From contig CAXXET010000004.1 in assembly GCA_963666115.2 (NCBI GenBank), forward strand, positions 1-64,000: DNA of 64,000 nt. Reading direction: 5' to 3'. The position numbers and the translations under genes are program-made. The notes below the pieces were generated by a model that did no database searches, was not told the origin of the DNA, and saw only the letters and a list, made by a program, of their open reading frames with translations. This DNA comes from Dehalococcoidia bacterium. GTDB lineage: Bacteria; Chloroflexota; Dehalococcoidia; UBA6926. Each line of letters starts with the position of its first letter. Positions within the stretch are counted from its first letter, which is position 1. Shown here one piece after another: positions 28,222 through 37,943 of this stretch.

Positions 28222-30087
28222 TTAGTCCGGCGGCTCGAATATCCAGCCGTACGAGCCCCAGAGCAGGAGTATCAGGCCGATTGCGCCTGCGGCGATGCCG
28301 AGCGGCTCAGAGGTCCTGTAGAGCAGAAGTGTGATGCCCAGGGCGAAGATGCCAAGCGCGACAATCAGGGGGAAGTAGGACGGGCTCGGCATGTGGATGT
28401 CATGGCGCTCGTCGTCCTCGTGATCGGCGGCGCCGGCGGGAACAGGGCGCGGCGTTTCGTGGCCCTCTTCGGGGTACTTCTGCTCCCAGAGGGCGTCACG
28501 GCCATGGACAACGGGAATCTCGGCGAAGTTGTAATGCGGGGGCGGGGACGACATCGCCCATTCGAGCGTGCGGGCATCCCACGGGTCATCGCCGGCAACC
28601 TCGCCGCTGCGGGCGCTGCGGAGCGCGTTGACCACGAACAGCCCGATGCCAAAGATCATGAACAGGACGCTCAGCGAGGCGACGAGGTTCCAGACATCCC
28701 ATCCCATACCCTCGGGGAACGTGAAGTTCCGCCGCGGCATTCCGACGAGGCCCAGGTAGTGCATGGGGCCAAACGTCATATTCATGCCGATGAAGACTAG
28801 CCAGAAGCTCCACTTGCCCTGGTATTCGTTCATCATGCGCCCGGTCATCTTGGGGAACCAGTAGAAGATGCCGCCCAGGATAGCCATGATCGAGCCGCCG
28901 AAGAGCACATAGTGGATGTGGGCGACGATGTAGTACGTGTCCGTCTGCTGGAGATCGGACGGGGCCGCCGCGTGTGTCATGCCGCTCAGCCCGCCGATGG
29001 TGAACAGGGCGATGAATCCGATCGCAAAGTACATCGGCGTCTTGAGTTGTATGTTGCCTCCCCATAACGTCGCCAGCCAGTTGAACACCTTGACGCCGGT
29101 GGGAATGGCGATGGCCATCGTCGTCGTGGCAAAGACGGCGTCCGGCACGGGGCCGAGGCCGGCGGCGAACATGTGGTGCGCCCACACGGACCAGCCGAGG
29201 AAGGCGATGGTCAGGCCGGAGAACACGACCACCGGGAAACCGAAGAGGGGCTTGCGGGAGAACGTGGGCAGGATCTCCGAGATGATGCCCATTGCCGGCA
29301 GGATCAGGATGTACACCTCGGGATGGCCGAACACCCAGAACAGGTGCTGCCAGAGGAGCACGTCGCCGCCGAGCTCGAAGACGAAGAAGTTGGTGCCGAA
29401 GAAGCGGTCAAAGCCCAGTTCGATCAGCCCGATGGTGATGACCGGCATCGCCAGCGCCAGCAGGAAGGACGTGATGAACGCCATCCACGTAAAGATGGGC
29501 ATTCGCATGAGGCTCATGCCCGGGGCGCGCAGGTTGATGATGGTGACGACGAAGTTGAACGCGCCGAGCAGCGACGACGTTCCCAGCACAAGCAGGCCGA
29601 GTACGTAGAAGTCCATGCCCGCAGAGGGGGAGAACGTGTTGTTCGTCAGGTTGGCATAGGCAAACCAGCCGGCGGCCGGGGCGGTCATGGTGAACCACCC
29701 AAGGTTCAGGATGATCGCGCCGAAGAGGAAGACCCAGTAGCTGAGGGCGTTCAGGCGGGGGAATGCGACGTCCCGCGCGCCGATCTGGAGCGGGACAATC
29801 CAGTTAAAGAACGCGACGCTGAGCGGCATGATGGCCAGGAAGATCATGGTCAGCGCGTGCATCGTGAAGAGCTGGCTGAACACGTTGGCGCTGATGAGGG
29901 TTGAATCCGGCACCGCCAACTGGAGCCGCATCAGGATCGCCTCGATGCCGGCGACAATGAAGAAGAAGAACGCCGTGACAAGGTAGAGCGTGCCGATCCT
30001 CTTGTGATCGATCGTCGTGAGCCAACTCCAGATACCGGTGGTTCCGGTTGGTCTCGCCAGGACGCCCATCAGCATTGCCATCGTCAC
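28222..30087 (-). CDS. ctaD: Cytochrome c oxidase subunit I, type A1
   Basis: DHKRIG, D.AFPRLN, WVFGHPEVY, WAHHMF, PTGVK and VAHIHYV. Confidence 0.97.
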   Translation of the reverse strand: MTMAMLMGVLARPTGTTGIWSWLTTIDHKRIGTLYLVTAFFFFIVAGIEAILMRLQLAVPDSTLISANVFSQLFTMHALTMIFLAIMPLSVAFFNWIVPLQIGARDVAFPRLNALSYWVFLFGAIILNLGWFTMTAPAAGWFAYANLTNNTFSPSAGMDFYVLGLLVLGTSSLLGAFNFVVTIINLRAPGMSLMRMPIFTWMAFITSFLLALAMPVITIGLIELGFDRFFGTNFFVFELGGDVLLWQHLFWVFGHPEVYILILPAMGIISEILPTFSRKPLFGFPVVVFSGLTIAFLGWSVWAHHMFAAGLGPVPDAVFATTTMAIAIPTGVKVFNWLATLWGGNIQLKTPMYFAIGFIALFTIGGLSGMTHAAAPSDLQQTDTYYIVAHIHYVLFGGSIMAILGGIFYWFPKMTGRMMNEYQGKWSFWLVFIGMNMTFGPMHYLGLVGMPRRNFTFPEGMGWDVWNLVASLSVLFMIFGIGLFVVNALRSARSGEVAGDDPWDARTLEWAMSSPPPHYNFAEIPVVHGRDALWEQKYPEEGHETPRPVPAGAADHEDDERHDIHMPSPSYFPLIVALGIFALGITLLLYRTSEPLGIAAGAIGLILLLWGSYGWIFEPPD

Positions 30088-30110
30088 TTACTCCTTCGGC
30101 CTGCCGCCCG

Positions 30111-31238
30111 CTACTTCAGGCTCTCCAGGAAGAATACGAGATCATCAAGCTCCTGGGCTGTGACTTCAATGTTCGGCATCTCCGTGCCGGGCTTGACCTC
30201 CGGCGCATTGTCGAGCCACCGCTTGAGATTCACAGCCTCCGGGTCGCGCTGCATGAAGTCAGGATCGGTCGGCACGTCCTCAAAGAACGCGCCCATGTTC
30301 ATGTCCGCCGGGCCCTTGTGGAGGGTGTTGGCCGCGATGGTGACGCGGGAGCCGAAGTGGGAGAGATTGGGGCCGGTCACGCCAATGGCCAACTCATACT
30401 CATCCTCGGTCGCGCCCTGGATGGTGTGGCAACCGCGGCAGGCGTTCTCCTGGAAGACGACCCAGCCCGGTTCCATTGCCGGCGTCATGGCCACCGCAGG
30501 CTGGCGCTCATTCTCAGCCCACGCCTCGTAGTCGTCAGCCGTGCGCGCAAAGGCCACAGTCCGCATCAGGGCGTGGGAATCCCCGCAGAACTCCTTGCAC
30601 TGCCCTGCGTAAACGCCGGTTTCCGTCGCGTTCAGCCACATGCGGTTCTCGCGGCCTGGCACAACGTCACGGCTGCCGGCGAGGCGCGGAACGGAGAAGC
30701 TGTGAATAACGTCGTTTGAGGACAACTTGAGATTGATGACTGTATCGACGGGGATGTGCAGTTCGTTGGCGGTGATGAAATCAAGGTCGCCGTTCTCATC
30801 AAGGTAGCGGTACTCCCACCACCACTGGTGGCCGATGACTTCGATGGTGAGGGACGGGTCATCGGCGTATTGGGACGGGGCGTCATACGTGGCGCCAATG
30901 CCCGCGACCGTCGGAATGGTGATTGCGATAATGATCAGGGACGGCGCGATGGTCCATCCGATCTCAAGCGGAGTATTGCCGTGAGTCTGTGGAGGGATGT
31001 CATTCTCGTGGCCGCGCCTCGCACGGTACTTGAGCACGGCAATGATCAGGAAGCCCTGGACGCCGATGAAGATGACGACGGCGATCCAGAAGATGAAGAC
31101 GAAGAGGTTCTGTTGGTTCTGGGCTACGTCACCAGCCGGGTGGAGCGTGCTCTGCGGCAGCGCCAACTGGCAGCCAGACAGGAGAACGACGGCCATGAAA
31201 ACCGTCAGCGCCCCGATTAGCTGGGTTCCTTTCCCCAT
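30111..31238 (-). CDS. ctaC: Cytochrome c oxidase subunit II with C-terminal cytochrome c domain (caa3)
   Basis: LSGC lipobox, LEIGWT, GHQWWW, DVIHSF, CuA motif CKEFCGDSHALM and heme-c motif CRGCH...MP. Confidence 0.95.
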   Translation of the reverse strand: MGKGTQLIGALTVFMAVVLLSGCQLALPQSTLHPAGDVAQNQQNLFVFIFWIAVVIFIGVQGFLIIAVLKYRARRGHENDIPPQTHGNTPLEIGWTIAPSLIIIAITIPTVAGIGATYDAPSQYADDPSLTIEVIGHQWWWEYRYLDENGDLDFITANELHIPVDTVINLKLSSNDVIHSFSVPRLAGSRDVVPGRENRMWLNATETGVYAGQCKEFCGDSHALMRTVAFARTADDYEAWAENERQPAVAMTPAMEPGWVVFQENACRGCHTIQGATEDEYELAIGVTGPNLSHFGSRVTIAANTLHKGPADMNMGAFFEDVPTDPDFMQRDPEAVNLKRWLDNAPEVKPGTEMPNIEVTAQELDDLVFFLESLK

Positions 31239-31359
31239 GCGGTTGAGCCTGTTCAGAACAATACCTCAGCAGTTAGCGTTTGGGTCGCAGCCGCGACATT
31301 GCGAGTCTATCTGTCTGCCCGAATTTGTGTCAAGCGTCACAAGCGGCGGACGGCGCGCC

Positions 31360-31365
31360 TATAAT
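31360..31365 (+). promoter_or_regulatory. -10 box of a probable leaderless moaD-moaE transcript
   Basis: TATAAT, 6 nt, then ATG 31372; no SD. Confidence 0.55.
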
Positions 31366-31371
31366 GGCGGC

Positions 31372-32049
31372 ATGGACGTTCGTGTACGGCTGTTTGCGGC
31401 GCTGCGAGAGGCAGCGGGCGCTTCGGAAATCAGCGTTGAAATCCCGGAGGGGGAGCCGGTCTCGCGCCTGCTGGGCGAGGCACAGCGGCAGCATCCGGCG
31501 CTGGCGAATCGCTGCCAGGGCGTTGTCGTCGCCGTCAACCAGGAGTATGTCGATCAGTCAACCGTGATCTCTGCCGGGGACGAAGTCGCGTTGATTCCGC
31601 CCGTGAGCGGAGGGGCCGTCTCGGAGGCGGAGGCCGTGCAGGTTGGCGTGACGCCCGACCCGCTGGACGCCTTGAGAATCGCCGAATCGCTCAAGGAATC
31701 GGCTGACGGGGCGGTTCTCACGTTTGAGGGCATCGTGCGCGACAACAACCTGGGGCGGCGCGTGCTTTTCCTCGAATACGAGGCATACCCCGAAATGGCT
31801 GAGAGCGTGCTGCGGAAGATTGGGGGCGAGACGCTCGAAGACTTCGATATCGGCAGCATCGCATTGTGGCACCGGACGGGACGGCTTGAGATTGGCGAAA
31901 CGTCACTGGTGGTGGCGGTGGCGTCGCCGCACCGGCGCGCGGCCTTCGACGCGTGCCGGGAGGCCGTGGAAAAGGTGAAGGCGCTGGCTCCGGTCTGGAA
32001 ACGCGAGGTCTGGGACGGCGGCTCAGAGTGGCTACGGGGCGCCGGATAG
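31372..32049 (+). CDS. Molybdopterin synthase MoaD-MoaE fusion
   Basis: MDVRVRLFAALREAAG...GDEVALIPPVSGG (MoaD) continues in frame into GA..TFEGIVR, LEYEAY, HR.G.L..GE, SPHR and P.WKRE (MoaE). Confidence 0.92.
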   Translation: MDVRVRLFAALREAAGASEISVEIPEGEPVSRLLGEAQRQHPALANRCQGVVVAVNQEYVDQSTVISAGDEVALIPPVSGGAVSEAEAVQVGVTPDPLDALRIAESLKESADGAVLTFEGIVRDNNLGRRVLFLEYEAYPEMAESVLRKIGGETLEDFDIGSIALWHRTGRLEIGETSLVVAVASPHRRAAFDACREAVEKVKALAPVWKREVWDGGSEWLRGAG

Positions 32050-33810
32050 TCTCTTCGTCATGGCCACGTGCTCAATGTCGGCTTCCATAAACATTTCGCC
32101 CTGTTCCGTATAGCCTGCCTGCGCGTAGAAATCCTTGACGTAGGTCTGAGCATGGAGGAGCGCGTTCTGGAATCCGCGCTCGCGGGCTGCCTCTTCAAGC
32201 AGAGCAAGAATCTTATCGCCAATCCTGTGCCGCCTGAGGTCCTGTCGTACTGCCATGCGGCCGATGCGGCACGTTTCCTCGTCCTGATCCGTTAGCAGGC
32301 GCCCCGTGCCGACAACCTCACCGCCTATGAGTGCCACGGCATGGACGGCGTCCTCATCACGTCCGTCCCACTCTTCATAAGGGTCCACGTTCTGTTCATC
32401 AATAAAGACGACGCGGCGGAGGGCAAAAATCGCCTCCAGGTCATCTGCTCCGGCGATCCGAACCACCACGTCCACCTCATCATCCACAGCAACTCTATGC
32501 CCCATCCCACCCGTGTTGATAATCTCGCGCGCCGCCTGTAGGAGCACGGCGCGCCGCCCAGTGGCAACCGATGACTTCTCCATATAGAGGTTGAGTGCTT
32601 GTTCAGGCTCAAGCGACTCAATTGCCATGCTGCGGTCGAGGCGGGTTCGGGACCTGTCAGGCGCGTCCGCCTGCACCGTGACGCCGGAGACGACGTGCGC
32701 TCCGGCCTGCCTCAACATGTTCCGAATACGAATACGGTCTATGTCGCCTGCAAGTTCGGCGGGAGCCTGGATTTCCACGCGGGTTACCGCATCATTCACG
32801 TCCGCGCCGGCAAGCCTCTTTTCGATTTCTCCCATCACGTCCTGCTCTGTCGAACGCAGCTTTACCTGTATTGTCGTGAACCGGCGACTCCACACAGGTT
32901 GAAACGACCACGAAGCGGCGCGCCGCCCGGGCGGAAGGGCAGGATTGATGTCCACGACACAGAAGCCCTTGTCGTCACTTTCCTCGGAAAAGTCGACACG
33001 GTGGAGGCTGCCGGAGTAGACGACAGGCGGAGCGTCCGCAATGAGCTGGCGGCGGTGGATGTGGCCAAGCGCGGCGTAGTCGACGGGATGGGCCTGGAAT
33101 GCGCTGGGCAGCAGCAGGTAGTCGTTGCCCATCATCATGGTGCGTTCATGGCCGACGGTGGCGGTGGTGGCAGTGGCATGGGCTGATAGGATGGACGGCA
33201 CAGCCGGATCAAGCTCTCCCGCCATGCGATTGATCTCATTGGTGAGGTATTCCTGCATCCACTCATTCACCTCCGTAGCGCTCTTGCCGTGCAGCTCGCC
33301 AAGCGCGGCGGCGGAACTACGGCGGAACCACGGCACGGCCACAATCTGGACCGGGCCGGCCGGGGTCTCAATGCGGTGAACGGCCGGGCGCGATGCGACA
33401 GTAACGTTGTCAACGGCGAGCGCGTCAAAGATGTCCAGCGCGGTTGCCCTGCCCTCCGTGTTGGGCACGTCATGATTGCCGGTGAGGAGAAAGACCGGGA
33501 TGCCCGCAAGCGCCAGGCGGCTGATGCGGCGGGCGAATTCCCGCTGGTGGGTCTGTGAGGGGTCCCGCGAGCGATAGGCGTCGCCGGAAAAGACGACAAG
33601 ATCGACGCGGGGTTCGGTCAGGGCAAAATCGACGAGATCATCGAGAGAGCGGAGGGAATCGATGAGGCGGGACGGCATCCCGGTGTAGGTGGCGGCGCGG
33701 TTGACACCAGGCGCGAACGTTTCCGGCAGCGCGTTGAGTTCGTCCGATGTAACGGGTCGGCTGTGAGTTTCAACGCCGATATGCGAGTCGGCAAAGTGGA
33801 TAATTCGCAT
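32032..33810 (-). CDS. sbcD: SbcD/Mre11-family nuclease fused to a C-terminal GNAT acetyltransferase
   Basis: HFADSH, SGD, GNHD, ALGHIH and YSGS..R.DFSE; then LRR.VF.DEQ.V...E.D..D, IGRMAV, HAQ...FY..GY and F.EA.IEH..M (ElaA/YjcF-like). Confidence 0.88.
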   Translation of the reverse strand: MRIIHFADSHIGVETHSRPVTSDELNALPETFAPGVNRAATYTGMPSRLIDSLRSLDDLVDFALTEPRVDLVVFSGDAYRSRDPSQTHQREFARRISRLALAGIPVFLLTGNHDVPNTEGRATALDIFDALAVDNVTVASRPAVHRIETPAGPVQIVAVPWFRRSSAAALGELHGKSATEVNEWMQEYLTNEINRMAGELDPAVPSILSAHATATTATVGHERTMMMGNDYLLLPSAFQAHPVDYAALGHIHRRQLIADAPPVVYSGSLHRVDFSEESDDKGFCVVDINPALPPGRRAASWSFQPVWSRRFTTIQVKLRSTEQDVMGEIEKRLAGADVNDAVTRVEIQAPAELAGDIDRIRIRNMLRQAGAHVVSGVTVQADAPDRSRTRLDRSMAIESLEPEQALNLYMEKSSVATGRRAVLLQAAREIINTGGMGHRVAVDDEVDVVVRIAGADDLEAIFALRRVVFIDEQNVDPYEEWDGRDEDAVHAVALIGGEVVGTGRLLTDQDEETCRIGRMAVRQDLRRHRIGDKILALLEEAARERGFQNALLHAQTYVKDFYAQAGYTEQGEMFMEADIEHVAMTKRLSGAP

Positions 33811-33815
33811 GGGCG

Positions 33816-35138
33816 CTAGCCCGTTAGGCGGTCTTCAAGCAGCGCGCCAAGCTCAGCTATCGGCACGCGCACTTGCTCCATCGTGTCGCGGTCGCGGACG
33901 GTGACGGCGTTGTCTTCCTCAACGGTCTGGAAGTCGATGGTGACGCAGTACGGCGTGCCGATTTCGTCCTGGCGGCGGTAGCGGCGGCCGATGGACTGGG
34001 AATCGTCATAGTCGGTCATCCACCGCTTGCGGACGATGTCATAGACTTCCCGCGACTTTGGCAAGAGTTTCTCATTGCGAGAGAGGGGGAGGACAGCGAT
34101 CTTATAAGGTGCGAGGTCGTGGTGCAGCTTGAGCACGGTGCGGCTCTCCCCGTTCACCTCCTCCTCTGTATAGCCGTCAACCAGAAAAGCGAGGAGGCAG
34201 CGGTCGACGCCGCTGGCAGGCTCCACAACGTGGGGGATGAACCGCTCTTGCCGTTCATCGTCGAAATACTCCAGCTTGTGGCCGGAACTGTCCTGGTGCT
34301 GGCGAAGATCAAAGTCTCCGCGGTAGGCAATGCCCTCCAGCTCCGACCAGCCAATCGGGAACAGGTACTCAATGTCATAGACGGCGGCGGCGTAGTGGGC
34401 GAGCTCATCCTGCTCATGCTGCCGGAAGCGCAGCCGCTCCGGGTTGATGCCGAGGTCTGTATACCAGCGCATCCGCTCGTTTCGCCAGTAGTCCAGGGAC
34501 GCAAAGCCGTCCTCCGGGCGGACGAAGTACTCCATCTCCATCTGCTCGAACTCGCGGGTACGGAAGATGAAGTTTCCCGTCGTGATCTCGTTGCGGAATG
34601 ACTTTCCGGTCTGCGCGATGCCGAACGGGATCTTCTTCCGCGTGGCCGTCCGCACGTTGTCGAAATTCGTGAAGATGCCCTGCGCGGTCTCAGGCCGCAG
34701 GAACGCCACTGCCGCGTCCTCCTCCACCGGCCCGAGGAACGTCTTGAACATCAGGTTGAACTGCCGTGGCTCCGTGAATTCGTCCACGGCGTCGCAGTCC
34801 GGGCATGCGCCATTCTCGATGTGGTCGGCACGGTGACGGCGATGGCATCTGCGGCACTCAACGAGGGGGTCAGTAAACCCCGCCACGTGGCCGCTGGCCT
34901 CCCAGACTAAGGGGCTTTGGATGATGGCGCTGTCAAGGCCGACGACGTCATCCCGCTCCTGCACCATCGCGCGCCACCATGCGTCGCGCACGTTCCGCTT
35001 GAGTTCCACGCCGAGGGGGCCGTAGTCCCACGACGAGCCGATGCCGCCGTAGATCTCGCTGGCCGGAAACACGAACCCGCGCCGCTTGGCCAGCGACACG
35101 ATGGTGTTCATGTCGGTCAGGGTCGGCTCAATCGTCAC
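33816..35138 (-). CDS. glyQS: Glycine--tRNA ligase (alpha2 type)
   Basis: KRRGFVFP.SEIYGG, FNLMF.T, LRPETAQGIF, FRNEIT.GNFIFRTREFEQME and SIGRRYRRQDEIGTP. Confidence 0.97.
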   Translation of the reverse strand: MTIEPTLTDMNTIVSLAKRRGFVFPASEIYGGIGSSWDYGPLGVELKRNVRDAWWRAMVQERDDVVGLDSAIIQSPLVWEASGHVAGFTDPLVECRRCHRRHRADHIENGACPDCDAVDEFTEPRQFNLMFKTFLGPVEEDAAVAFLRPETAQGIFTNFDNVRTATRKKIPFGIAQTGKSFRNEITTGNFIFRTREFEQMEMEYFVRPEDGFASLDYWRNERMRWYTDLGINPERLRFRQHEQDELAHYAAAVYDIEYLFPIGWSELEGIAYRGDFDLRQHQDSSGHKLEYFDDERQERFIPHVVEPASGVDRCLLAFLVDGYTEEEVNGESRTVLKLHHDLAPYKIAVLPLSRNEKLLPKSREVYDIVRKRWMTDYDDSQSIGRRYRRQDEIGTPYCVTIDFQTVEEDNAVTVRDRDTMEQVRVPIAELGALLEDRLTG

Positions 35139-35165
35139 GAGACGCGCCCTCCGGAGGATTGCGGC

Positions 35166-35522
35166 TTAATCAAGGCCGCGCTTGTCCAGGATTTTGTCGA
35201 CCTCGCCCTCGCGGGCCTGGCCGATCATCTCCTTGACGCGGTCCGGCATCTCGATGCCTGCCTCGTCCATGCGCTTCTCCGCCCACCGGCCGATATTCGA
35301 CGGGTCACGCCAGTAGTCGTAGCCGGGGGCGTCAGGGTCGCCGGATGCCTCGTGGCGGGAGGCGGTGGAGCGGACGTATGCCGCGCGGGACATGACTTTC
35401 TCGGTCTCCGTGGAGCCGCAGTGGGCGCATTCCTGGTTCGTCGGCAACTCCTCCGGCATGACCTTGTAAAAGGCGCTGGAGCGTTTGCCGCACTCGTTGC
35501 AGGTGTACTCGTAAATGGGCAT
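35166..35522 (-). CDS. FmdB-family zinc-ribbon protein
   Basis: MPIYEYTCNECG...CAHCGS. Confidence 0.85.
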   Translation of the reverse strand: MPIYEYTCNECGKRSSAFYKVMPEELPTNQECAHCGSTETEKVMSRAAYVRSTASRHEASGDPDAPGYDYWRDPSNIGRWAEKRMDEAGIEMPDRVKEMIGQAREGEVDKILDKRGLD

Positions 35523-35560
35523 CGCGTCACCGCCCTCTCTGCCGCGCCGCCAGGACGCTG

Positions 35561-35824
35561 CTAATCATACCCGTCATCGAAGTAGCCGTCATCCATTCCA
35601 TCGTAATCATCATCGCTTGGCGCGTCATCGAAGGCGGAAAGGCGGTCATACTCGCGGTAGAGGTCTTGCCGCGATCTCACGACTGCGACGCGGGAAATCT
35701 TGCGCCGCAGCGTGCCGCCGTCGCAGTGGCTGCACGTGAGGTCGCCGATGGGTGAGGAGACGGAGCGCGTGAATACGCTGGTGTCTCGCTCGCAGCCATC
35801 GCATTCGAATTCGTAGATGGGCAT
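35561..35824 (-). CDS. FmdB-family zinc-ribbon protein
   Basis: MPIYEFECDGC...CSHCDG..L.RKIS with an acidic tail. Confidence 0.82.
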   Translation of the reverse strand: MPIYEFECDGCERDTSVFTRSVSSPIGDLTCSHCDGGTLRRKISRVAVVRSRQDLYREYDRLSAFDDAPSDDDYDGMDDGYFDDGYD

Positions 35825-35847
35825 GATGCGTTTGAGTTTAGCAGAGG

Positions 35848-35873
35848 GATTCTTCGCTGCGCTCAGAATGTCA
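35848..35873 (-). repeat. Palindromic repeat family C (TGTCATTCTGAGCGCAGCGAAGAATC)
   Basis: GATTCTTCGCTGCGCTCAGAATGTCA overlaps the yraN stop; related copies at 62507-62553 and 62662-62739. Confidence 0.8.
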
Positions 35874-36281
35874 GATCACATCTGCGATGGCGTTCTTGTG
35901 CCAGGTGAGCCGCGTGACCCTGCCTCGCCGGTCAAAGACGACGGCGACGACATCGATGCGTGTGTTTTCAGGCAATTTCTCAGTCTCGGCTTGGTGATGC
36001 TGCCGGTATATCTGGATGAGGCGGGCGAGGCGGGCGGCCTTGGCAGGAGTGACGGACTCCTCCGGCGTGCCGACGTTGGGCGTGGAGCGGCTGCGCACTT
36101 CCACGGCCACCAGTGTCTCGTCGATGACACCGACGATATCAAGCTCCCCGGCGCGGTAGCGGACGTTCTCCGCCAGGGTCTGAAAACCCTCGGATTCAAG
36201 GCGTCGGCGGGCTAGGCTCTGGGCGTGCAGCCCGCGCCTGGATCGGTTTGTGGGGCCTGGCTTTCGTTCCTGCTTCGTCAC
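35871..36281 (-). CDS. yraN: YraN family putative endonuclease
   Basis: N.R...GELDIV, LVAVEVRSR, PEESVTPAK and RIDVVAV. Confidence 0.88.
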   Translation of the reverse strand: MTKQERKPGPTNRSRRGLHAQSLARRRLESEGFQTLAENVRYRAGELDIVGVIDETLVAVEVRSRSTPNVGTPEESVTPAKAARLARLIQIYRQHHQAETEKLPENTRIDVVAVVFDRRGRVTRLTWHKNAIADVI

Positions 36282-36347
36282 GGCTCAGTCCGTTATCCGC
36301 ATCCCTTATACTAATGTGGCCATTGCGCCGTATTTCGCCAGGAGGAC

Positions 36348-37673
36348 ATGTTGGGCGAAGACTTTACCCACTCGGCCGTGATTCTCGCCATGCAGCTGGG
36401 CATCATCCTTGTGGTCGCCAAGCTCGCGGGTGAGTTCACTGAGCGCATTTTGCGCCAACCGGCCGTCATTGGGGAACTGGTCGCGGGCATCATCATCGGC
36501 CCGTTCGCGCTGGGCGGCATCGAGTTGGCCGGCATCGGCCCAATCGAGCAGATCGGCCCGCTCTTCGAGCAGCCTGCAGAAGACGCCGTCATACCTGTCC
36601 CAAAGACGCTGTTCGTCGTCGGTCAGGTGGCGGCCATCATCCTGCTGCTCGAAACAGGGCTGAACACTGATCTCAAAGCGTTCCTGCGATTCGTGCCTCA
36701 GGCGAGTATTGTGGCCATCGGCGGCGTCGTTGTCCCATTCGCCCTCGGTGCGTATGCGACCGTCCTATTCGGATTCGCAGACTCTGTCTTCTCAGCCCCT
36801 GCCCTGTTTGTGGGAACCATCATGACCGCGACGTCCGTGGGCATCACGGCGCGCGTGCTGGCCGACTTGCTGCGTTTGGATTCGCCGGAGGGCGTAACGA
36901 TCCTGGGCGCAGCCGTTGTGGACGACGTGCTCGGAATCCTGATTCTGACGATTGTCGTTGGCGTCACGGCAAGCAGTTCCGTTGAGGCGGCGACAGCCGC
37001 CGGATCGTTCGAGTGGACGGAAGTAGCCGTCGTTGGCGCGAAGGCGGTTGGGTTCTGGCTGGTGCTAACCGTGGGCGGGATTCTTGGCGCGAAGTACATC
37101 GTCCGGGCAATCAACGGCATCCGCGTAGAGGGCGCGGCGATTGCGATCGTGTTCGGCATCGGGCTGTTTGCGGCGGCGCTGGCGGAAATGTTCGGGCTGG
37201 CGATGATCATCGGCGCGTACTCCGTGGGCCTGGCGCTGTCCCAAACAGAACTGCGGAATCAACTCCATCAGCCCCTGAACGGCCTGTACCACGCGATGGT
37301 CCCCGTGTTCTTCGTCGTAATGGGAATGATGGTGAACATTGAGGCGATGCGAGAGGCTCTCCTGTTCGGCGTGGTCGTCGTCGTACTGGCCGTCATCGGC
37401 AAGGTGGCGGGTTCGGGGCTGCCGGCGCTGGCGGCCGGATTCAGCCGCATCGGGGCGTGGCGCGTGGGCGTCGGGATGGCGCCGCGCGGCGAGGTGGGAC
37501 TGATTGTGGCGGGCATCGGCGTATCGGAGGGGTTGATTGGGCAGGACCTGTTCGGCGTTGCGATCCTCATGACGATTGCGACAACGCTCATCGCGCCCGC
37601 CGTGTTGGTGCGCGCGTTCCGCAACAACGCGCCGGGCCTCCGCAGGGACCAGGCGGCGGAAAGCCAGGCCTAG
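36348..37673 (+). CDS. Cation:proton antiporter (CPA2 family)
   Basis: QPAVIGEL..G, ATSVGIT.RVL, GAAVVDDVLG and GM.PRGEV; strong AGGAGG SD. Confidence 0.92.
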   Translation: MLGEDFTHSAVILAMQLGIILVVAKLAGEFTERILRQPAVIGELVAGIIIGPFALGGIELAGIGPIEQIGPLFEQPAEDAVIPVPKTLFVVGQVAAIILLLETGLNTDLKAFLRFVPQASIVAIGGVVVPFALGAYATVLFGFADSVFSAPALFVGTIMTATSVGITARVLADLLRLDSPEGVTILGAAVVDDVLGILILTIVVGVTASSSVEAATAAGSFEWTEVAVVGAKAVGFWLVLTVGGILGAKYIVRAINGIRVEGAAIAIVFGIGLFAAALAEMFGLAMIIGAYSVGLALSQTELRNQLHQPLNGLYHAMVPVFFVVMGMMVNIEAMREALLFGVVVVVLAVIGKVAGSGLPALAAGFSRIGAWRVGVGMAPRGEVGLIVAGIGVSEGLIGQDLFGVAILMTIATTLIAPAVLVRAFRNNAPGLRRDQAAESQA

Positions 37674-37721
37674 CAGCGAACCGGCGGAGTATGATGGAAG
37701 GGCACTGCGGCGCGTAACCAT

Positions 37722-37793
37722 GCCCCTGTAGCTCAGTGGATAGAGCACCAGCCTCCGGAGCTGGTGGCCCGGGTTCGAGTCCCGGCAGGGGTA
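37722..37793 (+). tRNA. tRNA-Arg (anticodon CCG)
   Basis: Acceptor stem GCCCCTG/CAGGGGT, D arm GCTC-AGTGGATA-GAGC, anticodon arm CCAGC-CT-CCG-GA-GCTGG, T loop GTTCGAGTC; CCA not encoded. Confidence 0.96.
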
Positions 37794-37815
37794 TTTCATC
37801 CGCCCAAGATCAACC

Positions 37816-37943
37816 TTGCAATCTGCCGAGGGTAAAGGTTGCAATTTGCCGCGCCATAACCTTGCAATCTGCCGAGGGTAAACCCTGCAATCTGCCGCAT
37901 CCTAACCTTGCAATCTGCCGAGGGTAAAGGTTACAATCTGCCG
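37816..37943 (+). repeat. Tandem array of six 23-bp units (core TTGCAATCTGCCG plus alternating 10-nt spacers)
   Basis: Cores start at 37816, 37839, 37862, 37885, 37908 and 37931. Spacers: AGGGTAAAGG, CGCCATAACC, AGGGTAAACC, CATCCTAACC, AGGGTAAAGG. Confidence 0.92.

Noticed and set aside
30997-31371. N-terminal extension of the moaD-moaE ORF
   Set aside because: It overlaps the divergent ctaC. MoaD homology and a -10 box point to ATG 31372.
37816-37943. Possible mini-CRISPR array
   Set aside because: The core is only 13 bp, spacers are 10 nt and recur, and no cas genes are in the window.
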